DNA of 64,000 nt from contig JACQFD010000022.1 in the NCBI GenBank assembly GCA_016200225.1, forward strand, positions 175,362-239,361. Reading direction: 5' to 3'. Below are positions 17,047 to 25,824 of the stretch, one piece after another. The notes under the pieces are model-generated. The model saw nothing but the letters and a program-made list of their open reading frames with translations, was not told the origin of the DNA and ran no database searches. Position 1 is the stretch's first letter; each line of letters opens with the position of its first letter. This DNA is from Planctomycetota bacterium. Lineage in GTDB: Bacteria > Planctomycetota > UBA1135 > JACQFD01. Both the position numbers and the translations under genes were made by a program.

Positions 17047-18714
17047 TCAAAACGCCGGTTCGACGGGAGCGCCGAATTCGCCGCGCAGGACGTCCGCAAT
17101 TTCGCCCAACGTTGCATAACTGCGCGCGGCCTCGACGAATCGCGGCATGAGGTTTTCGCCGTTTTTCGCCGCGGCGCGCACGCCGTCGAGCGCTTTCTTG
17201 ACGCGCGCGGCGTCGCGGCGCTCGCGCAGTTTTCTTAAATTATCAGATGAAATCTCGTCGACTTTCGGATCGATCTTTAAGACTGGAATTTCGATCTTCT
17301 CGTCCTCCTCGACGAAGCGATTGATGCCGACGATGGTCTTGCGGCCGTCCTCGACGGCTTTTTGATAGGCGGTCGACGATCTGTGAATTTCGCGCTGGAC
17401 CCAGCCCTCTTTTGTAGCGTTTACCATGCCGCCGCGTTCGGCGATCCGTTTAAAATAAACATTGGCGGCGGCTTCGAGGCGGTCGGTCATCGCTTCGATA
17501 AAATAACTTCCGCCGAGCGGATCCACGACGTGCGCGACTTCCGTTTCGTACGCGAGCACTTGTTGCGTTCGCAGAGCAATTTTTACGGATTTTTCGGTCG
17601 GCAGCGCCAGCGTTTCGTCCATCGAATTGGTATGAAGCGACTGCGTGCCGCCGAGGACGGCCGCGAGCGCCTGATACGCCACGCGAACAATATTATTTTC
17701 GGGCTGTTGCGCGGTTAACGAAACGCCGGCCGTCTGCGCGTGCGTTCTAACCAATAACGAGCGCGGATCCTTCGCGCCGTATTTTTCCTTTAGCGTTTTC
17801 GCCCAGATGCGGCGCGCGGCGCGGAATTTTGCAATTTCCTCGAAAAAATCGAGATGCACATCCCAAAAGAAACTCAGCCGCGGCGCGAATTCGTCGACGT
17901 TCATCCCGCGCGCGATGCCTCGTTCGATATATTCAAAACCGTTTGCTAACGTAAATGCCAGTTCCTGCGCGGCCGTCGAACCGGCTTCGCGGATATGATA
18001 TCCGCTGATCGAAATCGTGTTCCATTGTTGCACTTCCTTCGCGCCGAATTCCATCGTATCTATAACAATCCGGAGCGCGTGGTCGATCGGCACGAGCCAT
18101 GCGTGCTGCGCCTGAAATTCTTTAAGAATATCGTTTTGTATCGTTCCGCGCAGTTTCGAAGGATGCACGCCCTGTTTTTCGGCGGCGGCGATGAAAAACG
18201 ACCAGACGATCGCGGCGGGGCCGTTGATCGTCATCGATACAGAAACTTTATCGAGAGGAATTCCGGAAAATAAGGTTTCCATGTCGGCGAGGGACGAAAT
18301 CGCGACGCCGCACCGTCCGACTTCGCCGCGCGAGCGCGCGTGGTCGCTGTCGTAGCCCATCAGCGTCGGAAAATCGAATGCAACAGATAATCCCGTCTGG
18401 CCGTGTTCCAACAAAAAGTGATAGCGCTCGTTCGTGTCTTTCGCGGTGCCGAATCCGGCGAACTGTCGCATCGTCCAGAGTTTTCCGCGATAAAGATTCG
18501 GATGGATGCCGCGCGTATACGGATATTCGCCGGGAAAACCCAATTTATCGTCATAACCGCCGCCGTTGAGATCGGGCGAATTTTGCGGAGTATAACAAAT
18601 ATCCAACGGATCGCCCGAAATCGTCGTGAACTCGCGGGCGTCCTCGCGCGACTTCGCCGCGGAAGCCTTTTTATTATAAACTTCGTTGGATTTCTTAAAT
18701 GATTCAGATGGCAT
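17047..18714 (-). CDS. methylmalonyl-CoA mutase family catalytic (large/N-terminal) subunit
   Basis: GEYPYTRGIHPNLYRGKLWTMRQFAGFGTAKDTNERYHFLLEHGQTGLSVAFDFPTLMGYDSD is a classic MCM TIM-barrel signature. Substrate (methylmalonyl-, isobutyryl- or ethylmalonyl-CoA) is undetermined. Confidence 0.85.
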   Translation of the reverse strand: MPSESFKKSNEVYNKKASAAKSREDAREFTTISGDPLDICYTPQNSPDLNGGGYDDKLGFPGEYPYTRGIHPNLYRGKLWTMRQFAGFGTAKDTNERYHFLLEHGQTGLSVAFDFPTLMGYDSDHARSRGEVGRCGVAISSLADMETLFSGIPLDKVSVSMTINGPAAIVWSFFIAAAEKQGVHPSKLRGTIQNDILKEFQAQHAWLVPIDHALRIVIDTMEFGAKEVQQWNTISISGYHIREAGSTAAQELAFTLANGFEYIERGIARGMNVDEFAPRLSFFWDVHLDFFEEIAKFRAARRIWAKTLKEKYGAKDPRSLLVRTHAQTAGVSLTAQQPENNIVRVAYQALAAVLGGTQSLHTNSMDETLALPTEKSVKIALRTQQVLAYETEVAHVVDPLGGSYFIEAMTDRLEAAANVYFKRIAERGGMVNATKEGWVQREIHRSSTAYQKAVEDGRKTIVGINRFVEEDEKIEIPVLKIDPKVDEISSDNLRKLRERRDAARVKKALDGVRAAAKNGENLMPRFVEAARSYATLGEIADVLRGEFGAPVEPAF

Positions 18715-19651
18715 GTTTTAAGGAATTTTTAATTAAATTAACAACTTCCGCGGCGATCGCATAGGGCGGCCGCCGGCGGTCGAGTTCGCGGGTGATGTAG
18801 TCTTGAAATCCGGATTTCTCAAATAAGAGCAGCGCCAGCTCCTCCTCGATCGCGCGCCGCACCTGCGCTTCGCGCCGTTCGCGACGGCGCGCGGCGAGAT
18901 CGCCGGCCGCCTCGCGCGCCGATTTGTAATTTTCGATTCGCAGAACGAGTTCCGCGATGCCGCGCCGCTCCGTCGCGACGCATTGCACGACCGGAGGACG
19001 CCACGCGTCGCGCCGCGCGCGCAATTCGAGCATTTGTTCGATGTCGTCGACCAGACGGTCGGCGGCGGGGTGGTCGGATTTATTAACTACAAAAATATCC
19101 GCGATTTCCATCAATCCCGCTTTCATCGCCTGCACCGAGTCGCCGCCGCCGGGATATAATATTACCAATACTACGTCCGACGCGGTCATCACGTCGTGTT
19201 CCGCCTGGCCAACGCCGACGGTTTCGATCATGATTTGTTTATAACCAAAAGCATCGAGAAGATCCGCGGCGTCGACGGTCGCGCGCGCGAGGCCGCCGAG
19301 CGAACCGCGCGTCGCCATCGAGCGGACGAAAATGTTGGAATCGTCCTCCGTGCAGCGCATGCGAATCCGATCCCCGAGAAGAGCGCCGCCGGTAAACGGG
19401 CTCGTCGGGTCGATGGCGAGGACCGCGACCGAATCGCCTGCGGCGCGGAACGCCGCGGCGAGGCCATCGACAATCGTCGATTTTCCGGCGCCGGGCGGGC
19501 CCGTGACGCCGATCCGAAATCCGCGCCCTGTCGAGCCGTAAATCGCGTCGAGCGTCTCGGCGAAACCCGGCGAGCGATTCTCCGCGCGCGTGATGAGGCG
19601 CGCGAGCGCGCGCCGGTCGCCGCTTCGAAATCGTTCGACGAGGGAATCCAT
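18704..19651 (-). CDS. meaB: MeaB/ArgK-type mutase-associated G-protein chaperone
   Basis: P-loop GVTGPPGAGKST and downstream G motifs. The gene overlaps the mutase large-subunit start. Confidence 0.85.
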   Translation of the reverse strand: MDSLVERFRSGDRRALARLITRAENRSPGFAETLDAIYGSTGRGFRIGVTGPPGAGKSTIVDGLAAAFRAAGDSVAVLAIDPTSPFTGGALLGDRIRMRCTEDDSNIFVRSMATRGSLGGLARATVDAADLLDAFGYKQIMIETVGVGQAEHDVMTASDVVLVILYPGGGDSVQAMKAGLMEIADIFVVNKSDHPAADRLVDDIEQMLELRARRDAWRPPVVQCVATERRGIAELVLRIENYKSAREAAGDLAARRRERREAQVRRAIEEELALLLFEKSGFQDYITRELDRRRPPYAIAAEVVNLIKNSLKHAI

Positions 19652-19687
19652 GTCAATTCTTAAGTCTATGCGACCGGCGTTCGAAAG

Positions 19688-21382
19688 CTACTTTTTCACG
19701 GCGCGGCAGCGCGCCAGCACGTACTTCGCCTTGGCGGACTGAATGGAGTCGAATCCGCGCGTCGATTGTGTATATAATAATTCGGCGCGAACGTCTTCGG
19801 CGTTTTGTAGTATAGGAAACGCGTCGGCGGGGGCGACGACGAGCCGGCTTTCGGAAGGGGATTCCATGAGGATATCGAGCAGTTCGTTCATATTATTCGC
19901 GATCGGCCCGCCGCCGATATAGTAACGATCCAAGCCTCCGCGGCCGATCTTGAACCAGGCGATTTCCAAACCGGCGTGCTGCGTTCTTATATATTCGGCG
20001 AGGTCGCGTTCGACGAGGCTGTTCCGTCGAAGAGTCTCGGCGCCGGTCGATATATATATTGAAATCGCGATTGCGAACAGCGCCAGCGCGCGCTCGAGCG
20101 CGGGCGCGCCGGTCCTGCCGTTCAGTATTAATAAATATCCGGAGGCGAGGAGCGCGAGGCCCAGCGCCAGTCCGAACGGTAATTCCGCGGCGGAACGAAT
20201 CGTCGCAAAAGGCAGGAAACGGCTCACGACGAGGGCGGTGCCGACAATCGTACATAATCCGCCGAGGATCCAGACGTGCGCGAATCTCGTAATCTTCGCG
20301 ATCGTAGCAATCGCGTTATTCTTCAATTCATCGAAACCGCGCGAAAGCGCATCCCCGATCAGCAGCGCGCCGAACGGAAGCGCGGGGAGGATATAATAAT
20401 TTCGGCGCGAAAGACTCGCCGTCATGATCGCGAAGATTGTTATGAAACAAATCGTAATAAATCGCAGTTCCCTGTCCTCGCGAAACCGCGCGAAACCGCG
20501 GGCGAGCGCGAACGGCACGAGAAGCGTCCACGGCGCGAGCATCGCGGGCAGCATGTAAACATAAAAAAAAATGCCGTCCTTCGAATGGTCGAACGGATCG
20601 GCGGCGCGCACGAAGTTTTCATACCAAACGCGCTCGAGCAGATCCCAATTTCCTGTTTTGTAGTAAACAACGAGGAATGGAAAAAAGTAAATAGCCGCCG
20701 CGAACGCGAGTCCGGCTGCGATCGATAATATTGTTTTCGAATCCGCTCGAAGCCGATTGCGATCGAAAAGGATTTCTGAAGAAATATCAAAAAAACCGAT
20801 CGCGAGCGGAAGAACGACGGCCGGCAAACCCTTCGCCTGCCCGCCGATTCCGAGCATTCCGAAGAAAAGTAAACATTTCCAGAGCGCGGGCGCCGCGCGA
20901 TACGAGCGGTACGCCGCGACGGCCGCGATAACAAAAAACAAGTTCAACGCGTCCGCCGTCGCCGCGCGCGACCACTCGATGAACGACTGCGACGTCGCGA
21001 GGACGATCGCCGCGAGCAATCCCGCGCGGGTCCCGAAGTTCCGCGCGCCGAGTCTAAAAGTAATATAAATCGCGCCGAGCGAGGCGAGCACGCCCGGCAG
21101 CCGCGCCGTCCATTCGTTCAGCTCGCCGAAAATTTTCGCTGATATTACAATAATCCAATAGGACAGAAACGGTTTGTCGTTATAGGGCGCGCCGTCCATT
21201 TCCATAGTCAGCCAGTCGCCCGACGCGAGCATGTGTTTTGATATAAACAGCCAGCGGCTTTCCGCGCCGTGCGCCGGCAGGAATCCGAGTCTTAACAACA
21301 GCGCGGCCGCGCCCGCAAACAATACCAATATCTCAAACAAATATTTTCGATCTCGGACGCTTGCGGTCGGCGCGGTTTCCAT
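19688..21382 (-). CDS. ArnT/PMT-like (GT39/GT83 family) integral-membrane glycosyltransferase
   Basis: More than 10 TM segments. The first periplasmic loop has a DE...YNDKPFLSYW motif matching the ArnT/PMT DKPPL signature. The ORF extends to 21529, so the likely start is the internal METAPTAS. Confidence 0.6.
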   Translation of the reverse strand: METAPTASVRDRKYLFEILVLFAGAAALLLRLGFLPAHGAESRWLFISKHMLASGDWLTMEMDGAPYNDKPFLSYWIIVISAKIFGELNEWTARLPGVLASLGAIYITFRLGARNFGTRAGLLAAIVLATSQSFIEWSRAATADALNLFFVIAAVAAYRSYRAAPALWKCLLFFGMLGIGGQAKGLPAVVLPLAIGFFDISSEILFDRNRLRADSKTILSIAAGLAFAAAIYFFPFLVVYYKTGNWDLLERVWYENFVRAADPFDHSKDGIFFYVYMLPAMLAPWTLLVPFALARGFARFREDRELRFITICFITIFAIMTASLSRRNYYILPALPFGALLIGDALSRGFDELKNNAIATIAKITRFAHVWILGGLCTIVGTALVVSRFLPFATIRSAAELPFGLALGLALLASGYLLILNGRTGAPALERALALFAIAISIYISTGAETLRRNSLVERDLAEYIRTQHAGLEIAWFKIGRGGLDRYYIGGGPIANNMNELLDILMESPSESRLVVAPADAFPILQNAEDVRAELLYTQSTRGFDSIQSAKAKYVLARCRAVKK

Positions 21383-21678
21383 CGGAAGTGGATGCACCGT
21401 ACCGCGCGGCGCCGACTTGCTCCAGTCGGAGACCGTCCATAATTTGCGTAAATCGTTGAAGACCCGACTTTTAAGCGGCGATCGTGACGTACGGCCCGGA
21501 TCTAATGAGTCCAACTGTTCTATTTTCACTCTGGCAGGCTTCTCACTTTGCCCCTAGAGTGGGTCCGCGGCACACGCTGCACGCATAAAATTTAGAAAAC
21601 GAGAACCAAACAAAAAGCTTCGATTCCCTTCCATTCGCGCAGCCGCGTGAACAAACCTTCGAAAATCAACTACTCAAC

Positions 21679-22407
21679 ATGAGCATCAATACTACAAAAA
21701 TTGCTTTCGTAGGCGCCGCGGCGCTCGCGATCACGTCGTTGTTCAATTCTCAATTATTTGCGTACGGCGACACGCCGCCGCCGCAGTGGTCGGAAGGCAC
21801 GCCGTGTTTCACCGAATTTCACGTTGTGCCGGGCCAACAGCTCTGCTTCAACGTTTCCGCGTTCGATTTCAACGGCGCGGCGCTGCTGCTGCAGTGGAAC
21901 GACGTGCCGTTCAACGCGACGACCAATCCGCCGGCGCCACTTGCCGGTAACGGCAGTGTCTCGACGCAATTCTGCTGGACGGCCGGACCCCAGGATATTG
22001 GTATGAATTTTCTGGTGATTTTCACGGCGAGCTACATCAGCACGGCGCCGCTCCCGGATGCGAAATGTGATATTACTATTATCGTCGATCCGGACCTTTC
22101 CGCGACGGTCACGTCGTTCACCGGCGGCGCGGCTTTCATCGGCGGCCCGATCAAGATCAATTGGGAGACTTCCTCCGAGATCGATAATGCTTATTTTAAT
22201 ATTTATAGATCCGAGACGACGTTCGGCAACGCCATCAAAGTAAATCAATCGCCGATCATGGCGACGGGCGGCCCCGCGATGCCCGCGAGCTACAGCCAGA
22301 TCGATCGCCGCGTCACGAATGGCGCCCGATATGGCTATTGGCTCGAGTCGATCGACATCTACGGCGAATCGCAGCTCTTCGGACCGATTTTCGTCGTGGC
22401 TCGCTAA
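21679..22407 (+). CDS. secreted hypothetical protein
   Basis: 242 aa with a signal peptide (MSINTTKIAFVGAAALAITSLFNSQLFA). No recognisable motif. A strong terminator follows. Confidence 0.5.
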   Translation: MSINTTKIAFVGAAALAITSLFNSQLFAYGDTPPPQWSEGTPCFTEFHVVPGQQLCFNVSAFDFNGAALLLQWNDVPFNATTNPPAPLAGNGSVSTQFCWTAGPQDIGMNFLVIFTASYISTAPLPDAKCDITIIVDPDLSATVTSFTGGAAFIGGPIKINWETSSEIDNAYFNIYRSETTFGNAIKVNQSPIMATGGPAMPASYSQIDRRVTNGARYGYWLESIDIYGESQLFGPIFVVAR

Positions 22408-22435
22408 TTATCCGCAGTTTCGTTTAATTATAATC

Positions 22436-22472
22436 GAGGCGGCGCCCCAGGGTGCCGCCTCGGGTGTTTTTG
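22436..22472 (+). terminator. rho-independent terminator
   Basis: A perfect 8-bp stem (gaggcggc...gccgcctc) is followed by gggtgtttttggg. Confidence 0.7.
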
Positions 22473-22574
22473 GGAACCGCGATCGGACGCTGCCATCGCC
22501 GGGCCGTACGGCGATTCGCGGACGCCGGCGGAGCAGAAAGTTGCAAATGCATACCGACGGCTTACACTTTTGTC

Positions 22575-22592
22575 CACACATACGATTGTGTG
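22575..22592 (+). promoter_or_regulatory. palindromic operator candidate upstream of vapB
   Basis: cacaca-tacgat-tgtgtg. The arms extend to 9 bp with one mismatch. The palindrome ends 15 bp before the vapB ATG. Confidence 0.4.
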
Positions 22593-22607
22593 AACCCAAG
22601 TCGGCCA

Positions 22608-22808
22608 ATGGCAACAAATCTCGATATTGACGATCGGATCATCGTGGAAGCGCAGGTCCTTGGAAAACACAAGTCCAAGAAGGACGCGGTGACGGCGGCG
22701 CTTCTCGAATACATTCAGCATCGCCGGCAGCAGGAAGTGCTTACATTTGCGGGAAAAGTCGAATTCCACCCTGACTTCGATCACAAAAAACTTCGACGCA
22801 AACGGTGA
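22608..22808 (+). CDS. vapB: VapB-family type II antitoxin
   Basis: 66 aa: MATNLDIDDRIIVEAQVLGKHKSKKDAVTAALLEYIQHRRQQEVLTFAGKVEF. There is a 4-bp GTGA overlap with the downstream PIN gene. Confidence 0.7.
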   Translation: MATNLDIDDRIIVEAQVLGKHKSKKDAVTAALLEYIQHRRQQEVLTFAGKVEFHPDFDHKKLRRKR

Positions 22809-23221
22809 ACGTCCTCGTCGATACTACAATTTGGTCCGTCGTTCTGCGTCGTTCGCCCGCGAATCTTGGAGTGAGCGATCTCGCGATCCGGAGCGCGTGG
22901 CAAAACCTCGTAACCGGAGGCCAGATTCTATTATTAGGAATCATCCGCCAGGAGATTCTCTCTGGCGTCGCCGATCCCAAGGTTTTCATAAAACTACGAA
23001 ACGCCCTCAACGCATTCCCCGACGAAACAATATTAACGATCGATCACATTCGCGCCGCGGAGATGTATAATTTGTGCCGTGCGAAAGGCGTGCAGGGCTC
23101 GACGGTCGACATGCTGATCTGCGCCGTGGCCGAACGGTCGTCGGCGCCCATTTTCACTACAGATATGGATTTTCGCGCTTATGCGAAACAGATTCCCGTG
23201 AAGATTCTGGAATATCGTTAG
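22805..23221 (+). CDS. vapC: VapC PIN-domain toxin
   Basis: Starts LVDTTIW (acidic D5). PIN acidic residues lie downstream (TTDMDF). Confidence 0.8.
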   Translation: MNVLVDTTIWSVVLRRSPANLGVSDLAIRSAWQNLVTGGQILLLGIIRQEILSGVADPKVFIKLRNALNAFPDETILTIDHIRAAEMYNLCRAKGVQGSTVDMLICAVAERSSAPIFTTDMDFRAYAKQIPVKILEYR

Positions 23222-23405
23222 ATAATATGGTTCCAACCCCGGCCGCCGACACGCTCATTAATAATAAACGACCTTGTCGACCGTTGCCGCCGACTGAACG
23301 ATAATAAACATTTGGACGTCCGTCGAAATCCGCATGGCGAATTCAGGCGGCTACTTTAGGGAATTCTGCGTTCGCGAGAACGTCGACCGGAGAAATCTAC
23401 AACAT

Positions 23406-23612
23406 TCATATACGATCCTTGTCTCGCGGTACAGATGTATCACTTATCTTGAGAAATCCCCGCATCGATTCAACCGCTCGTTCTGGAATCAGCATCATTT
23501 GTCCTTCATGAAAGTAGAACTGGATTTTCTGTCCACGCGACAATTCAAGCTTTTCCCGAATTTCTTTCGGGATTACAATTTGAAACTTCGACGAAATCTT
23601 AACTATTTTCAT
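23406..23612 (-). CDS. AbrB/MazE/SpoVT-type antitoxin-like DNA-binding protein (orphan)
   Basis: 68 aa: MKIVKISSKFQIVIPKEIREKLELSRGQKIQFYFHEGQMMLIPERA (swapped-hairpin AbrB fold signature). The six-frame ORF runs further upstream, but that extension is blocked by the upstream ACAD gene that ends at 23624. Confidence 0.6.
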   Translation of the reverse strand: MKIVKISSKFQIVIPKEIREKLELSRGQKIQFYFHEGQMMLIPERAVESMRGFLKISDTSVPRDKDRI

Positions 23613-23623
23613 GGTTCCTCGAC

Positions 23624-24790
23624 TTACTTCAAATACCCTCTCGCGATCACGAGCCGTTGAATGTCCGTCACGCCTTCGTAAATTTCGGTGATACGGGCGT
23701 CGCGATAATAACGTTCGACGGCGAAGTCTTTTGTATAACCGGCGCCGCCGTAGATTTGTACAGTTTCGTCGGCGGCGCGGTTGCAGGCGCGCGAAGCGAA
23801 GAGTTTTGCCATTGAGGCTTCGCGGGAGCAGGGCAGGCCGCGGTCGCGCAGCCACGCCGCGCGATGTGTTAATAATCGTCCCGCGTCGAGATCGGTTGCC
23901 ATATCCGCGATTTTCCATTGAATCGCTTGGAACTCGCCGATCGGCTGCTCGAATTGTTTTCTTTCTTTTGCATATTTGATCGAGGCCTCGAGACACGCGC
24001 GGTGGATTCCTAATGATTGCGACGCGATGCCGATGCGGCCGCCGTCGAGCGTGTCCATCGCGATCTTGAATCCGTCGCCGGGTCCGCCGAGGCGGTTCGC
24101 GTCGGGCACTTCCAAATCTTCACAAATAATTTCGACCGTCGACGACGAACGGATTCCGCATTTCTCTTCCTGCTTGCCGACTTTGAATCCCTTCGACGCG
24201 GTTTCGACGACGAATGCCGTGATCCCCTTCGCTTTGGAAACAGTAGTATCCGTCCGCGCGAATATTATCATTAGTCCCGCGCGATCGCCGCTCGTGATCC
24301 AGATTTTTGTACCATTCAGAATCCAGCGGTCGCCTTTCTTTTCGGCCTTTAATCTTAAATTCGCCGAATCGCTGCCCGCCTGCGGTTCCGTCAGCGCGTA
24401 GGCGCCGAGCGCTTCGCCGCTCGCGAGGCGCGGCAGGTATTTTTTCTTTAGTTCATCCGTTCCAAACTTAAGAATCGGACCGCCGAGAAGCGAATTGTGA
24501 ACAGAAAGCGTCACGCCGACCGACGCGTCCGCGCGGTTGATCTCCTCGAGGACGATGGACAACGCTAAATTTCCGAGGCCGGCGCCTCCATACAATTCGG
24601 GTATCGTGATTCCCATCAATTGCATTTCGGCGCAACGCTTGATGATCTCCGTCGGAAACTCATGATTCGCGTCGCGCGCGGCGGCGCCGGGCGTAATTTC
24701 ATGATCGCTAAAGTCGCGCACGGAGTCGCGCAACATTTTTAGCTCTTCTGAAAGTTCAAAATCGGGAGCGTCGTGGGTGACGGTGGACAT
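23624..24790 (-). CDS. short-chain (butyryl-CoA-type) acyl-CoA dehydrogenase
   Basis: Start at MSTVTHD; the six-frame ORF extends to 24922, overlapping hbd. Motifs include YALTEPQAGSDSA and QIYGGAGYTKDFAVERYYRDARITEIYEG. Confidence 0.85.
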   Translation of the reverse strand: MSTVTHDAPDFELSEELKMLRDSVRDFSDHEITPGAAARDANHEFPTEIIKRCAEMQLMGITIPELYGGAGLGNLALSIVLEEINRADASVGVTLSVHNSLLGGPILKFGTDELKKKYLPRLASGEALGAYALTEPQAGSDSANLRLKAEKKGDRWILNGTKIWITSGDRAGLMIIFARTDTTVSKAKGITAFVVETASKGFKVGKQEEKCGIRSSSTVEIICEDLEVPDANRLGGPGDGFKIAMDTLDGGRIGIASQSLGIHRACLEASIKYAKERKQFEQPIGEFQAIQWKIADMATDLDAGRLLTHRAAWLRDRGLPCSREASMAKLFASRACNRAADETVQIYGGAGYTKDFAVERYYRDARITEIYEGVTDIQRLVIARGYLK

Positions 24791-24828
24791 GTTGAAATTG
24801 CTTAATACAAAACAGTTAAAATAATAAT

Positions 24829-25701
24829 TTATTTTGCCTGCCCGCCGGTCCAATCGTAAAATCCGCGACCGCACTTTCGGCCGACAAGACCGGCCGCGAC
24901 CATGCGCTTCAGCAGCGGACACGGGCGATACTTCGGATCGCCGAATCCGTCGTGCAAAACATTCAGAATCGCGAGACAGGTGTCGAGGCCGATAAAGTCG
25001 GCGAGCATCAGCGGGCCCATCGGATGATTCATGCCGAGTTTCATGACATTATCGATGCCGTCGCGCGACGCGACGCCCTCGAATAATGCAAAAATCGCTT
25101 CATTAATCATCGGCATCAGCACGCGATTGCTCACAAAACCAGGAAAATCGTTCGCCGCGACCGGCGTCTTTCCTAACAATTCGACGGCCGCGAGCACGGA
25201 GGCCGTCGTTTCGTCGCTCGTCTCCTGTCCGCGGATCACCTCGACGAGCTGCATGACGGGAACGGGATTCATGAAATGCATCCCGATTACTTGTTTCGGC
25301 CTTTTTGTAGCCGCGCCGAGCACCGTGATCGAAATCGACGACGTGTTCGAAGCTAAAATTGCATGCGGCGGCGCGATCGCGTCGAGTTTCGCGAAACAGT
25401 CTTTCTTTATTTTTTCGTCTTCGAGAATCGCTTCAATGACGAGATCGCAATCTTTAATGTTATCATAAAGCGTCGATCCCGCGACGCGCGCGAGCGTTTT
25501 GTCGGCGTCTTCCTGCGACAGCGCGCCTTTCTTTACAATTCTCGCGAGAGAGTTTTTGATAGTATCCCTGCCGCGCGCGACGAATTCTTCTTTTGTATCA
25601 ATCAAAACGACGGAAACGCCCTTCGCGGCGAAGACCTGCGCGATGCCGGAGCCCATTTGGCCGGCGCCGAGGACGGCGATCTTGTTAAGAATATTTGCCA
25701 T
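24829..25701 (-). CDS. hbd: 3-hydroxybutyryl-CoA dehydrogenase
   Basis: [17 protein letters not shown] Rossmann fold at the N-terminus. 290 aa. Confidence 0.85.
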   Translation of the reverse strand: MANILNKIAVLGAGQMGSGIAQVFAAKGVSVVLIDTKEEFVARGRDTIKNSLARIVKKGALSQEDADKTLARVAGSTLYDNIKDCDLVIEAILEDEKIKKDCFAKLDAIAPPHAILASNTSSISITVLGAATKRPKQVIGMHFMNPVPVMQLVEVIRGQETSDETTASVLAAVELLGKTPVAANDFPGFVSNRVLMPMINEAIFALFEGVASRDGIDNVMKLGMNHPMGPLMLADFIGLDTCLAILNVLHDGFGDPKYRPCPLLKRMVAAGLVGRKCGRGFYDWTGGQAK

Positions 25702-25713
25702 TGTCGATTTTAG

Positions 25714-25812
25714 TTATTTGTTTCGAAGGCTGGATGCTATCGCGACGAGAATCACGACGATCAAAATGATGACGGCGCCGATGATCGCGAACAAGATAAC
25801 ACCTCCGCCCAT
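25714..25812 (-). CDS. possible 32-aa hydrophobic membrane peptide between thiolase and hbd
   Basis: The ATG at 25812 gives MGGGVILFAIIGAVIILIVVILVAIASSLRNK, a single predicted TM helix. It sits in the 123-bp thiolase-hbd spacer. There is no other support. Confidence 0.25.
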   Translation of the reverse strand: MGGGVILFAIIGAVIILIVVILVAIASSLRNK

Positions 25813-25824
25813 GCATATAAACGT

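Noticed and set aside
23334-23660. Plus-strand 108-aa ORF that could have been a toxin partner for the AbrB-like antitoxin.
   Set aside because: It is antisense to and almost coextensive with the antitoxin gene, has no toxin-family motifs, and TA partners are co-directional.
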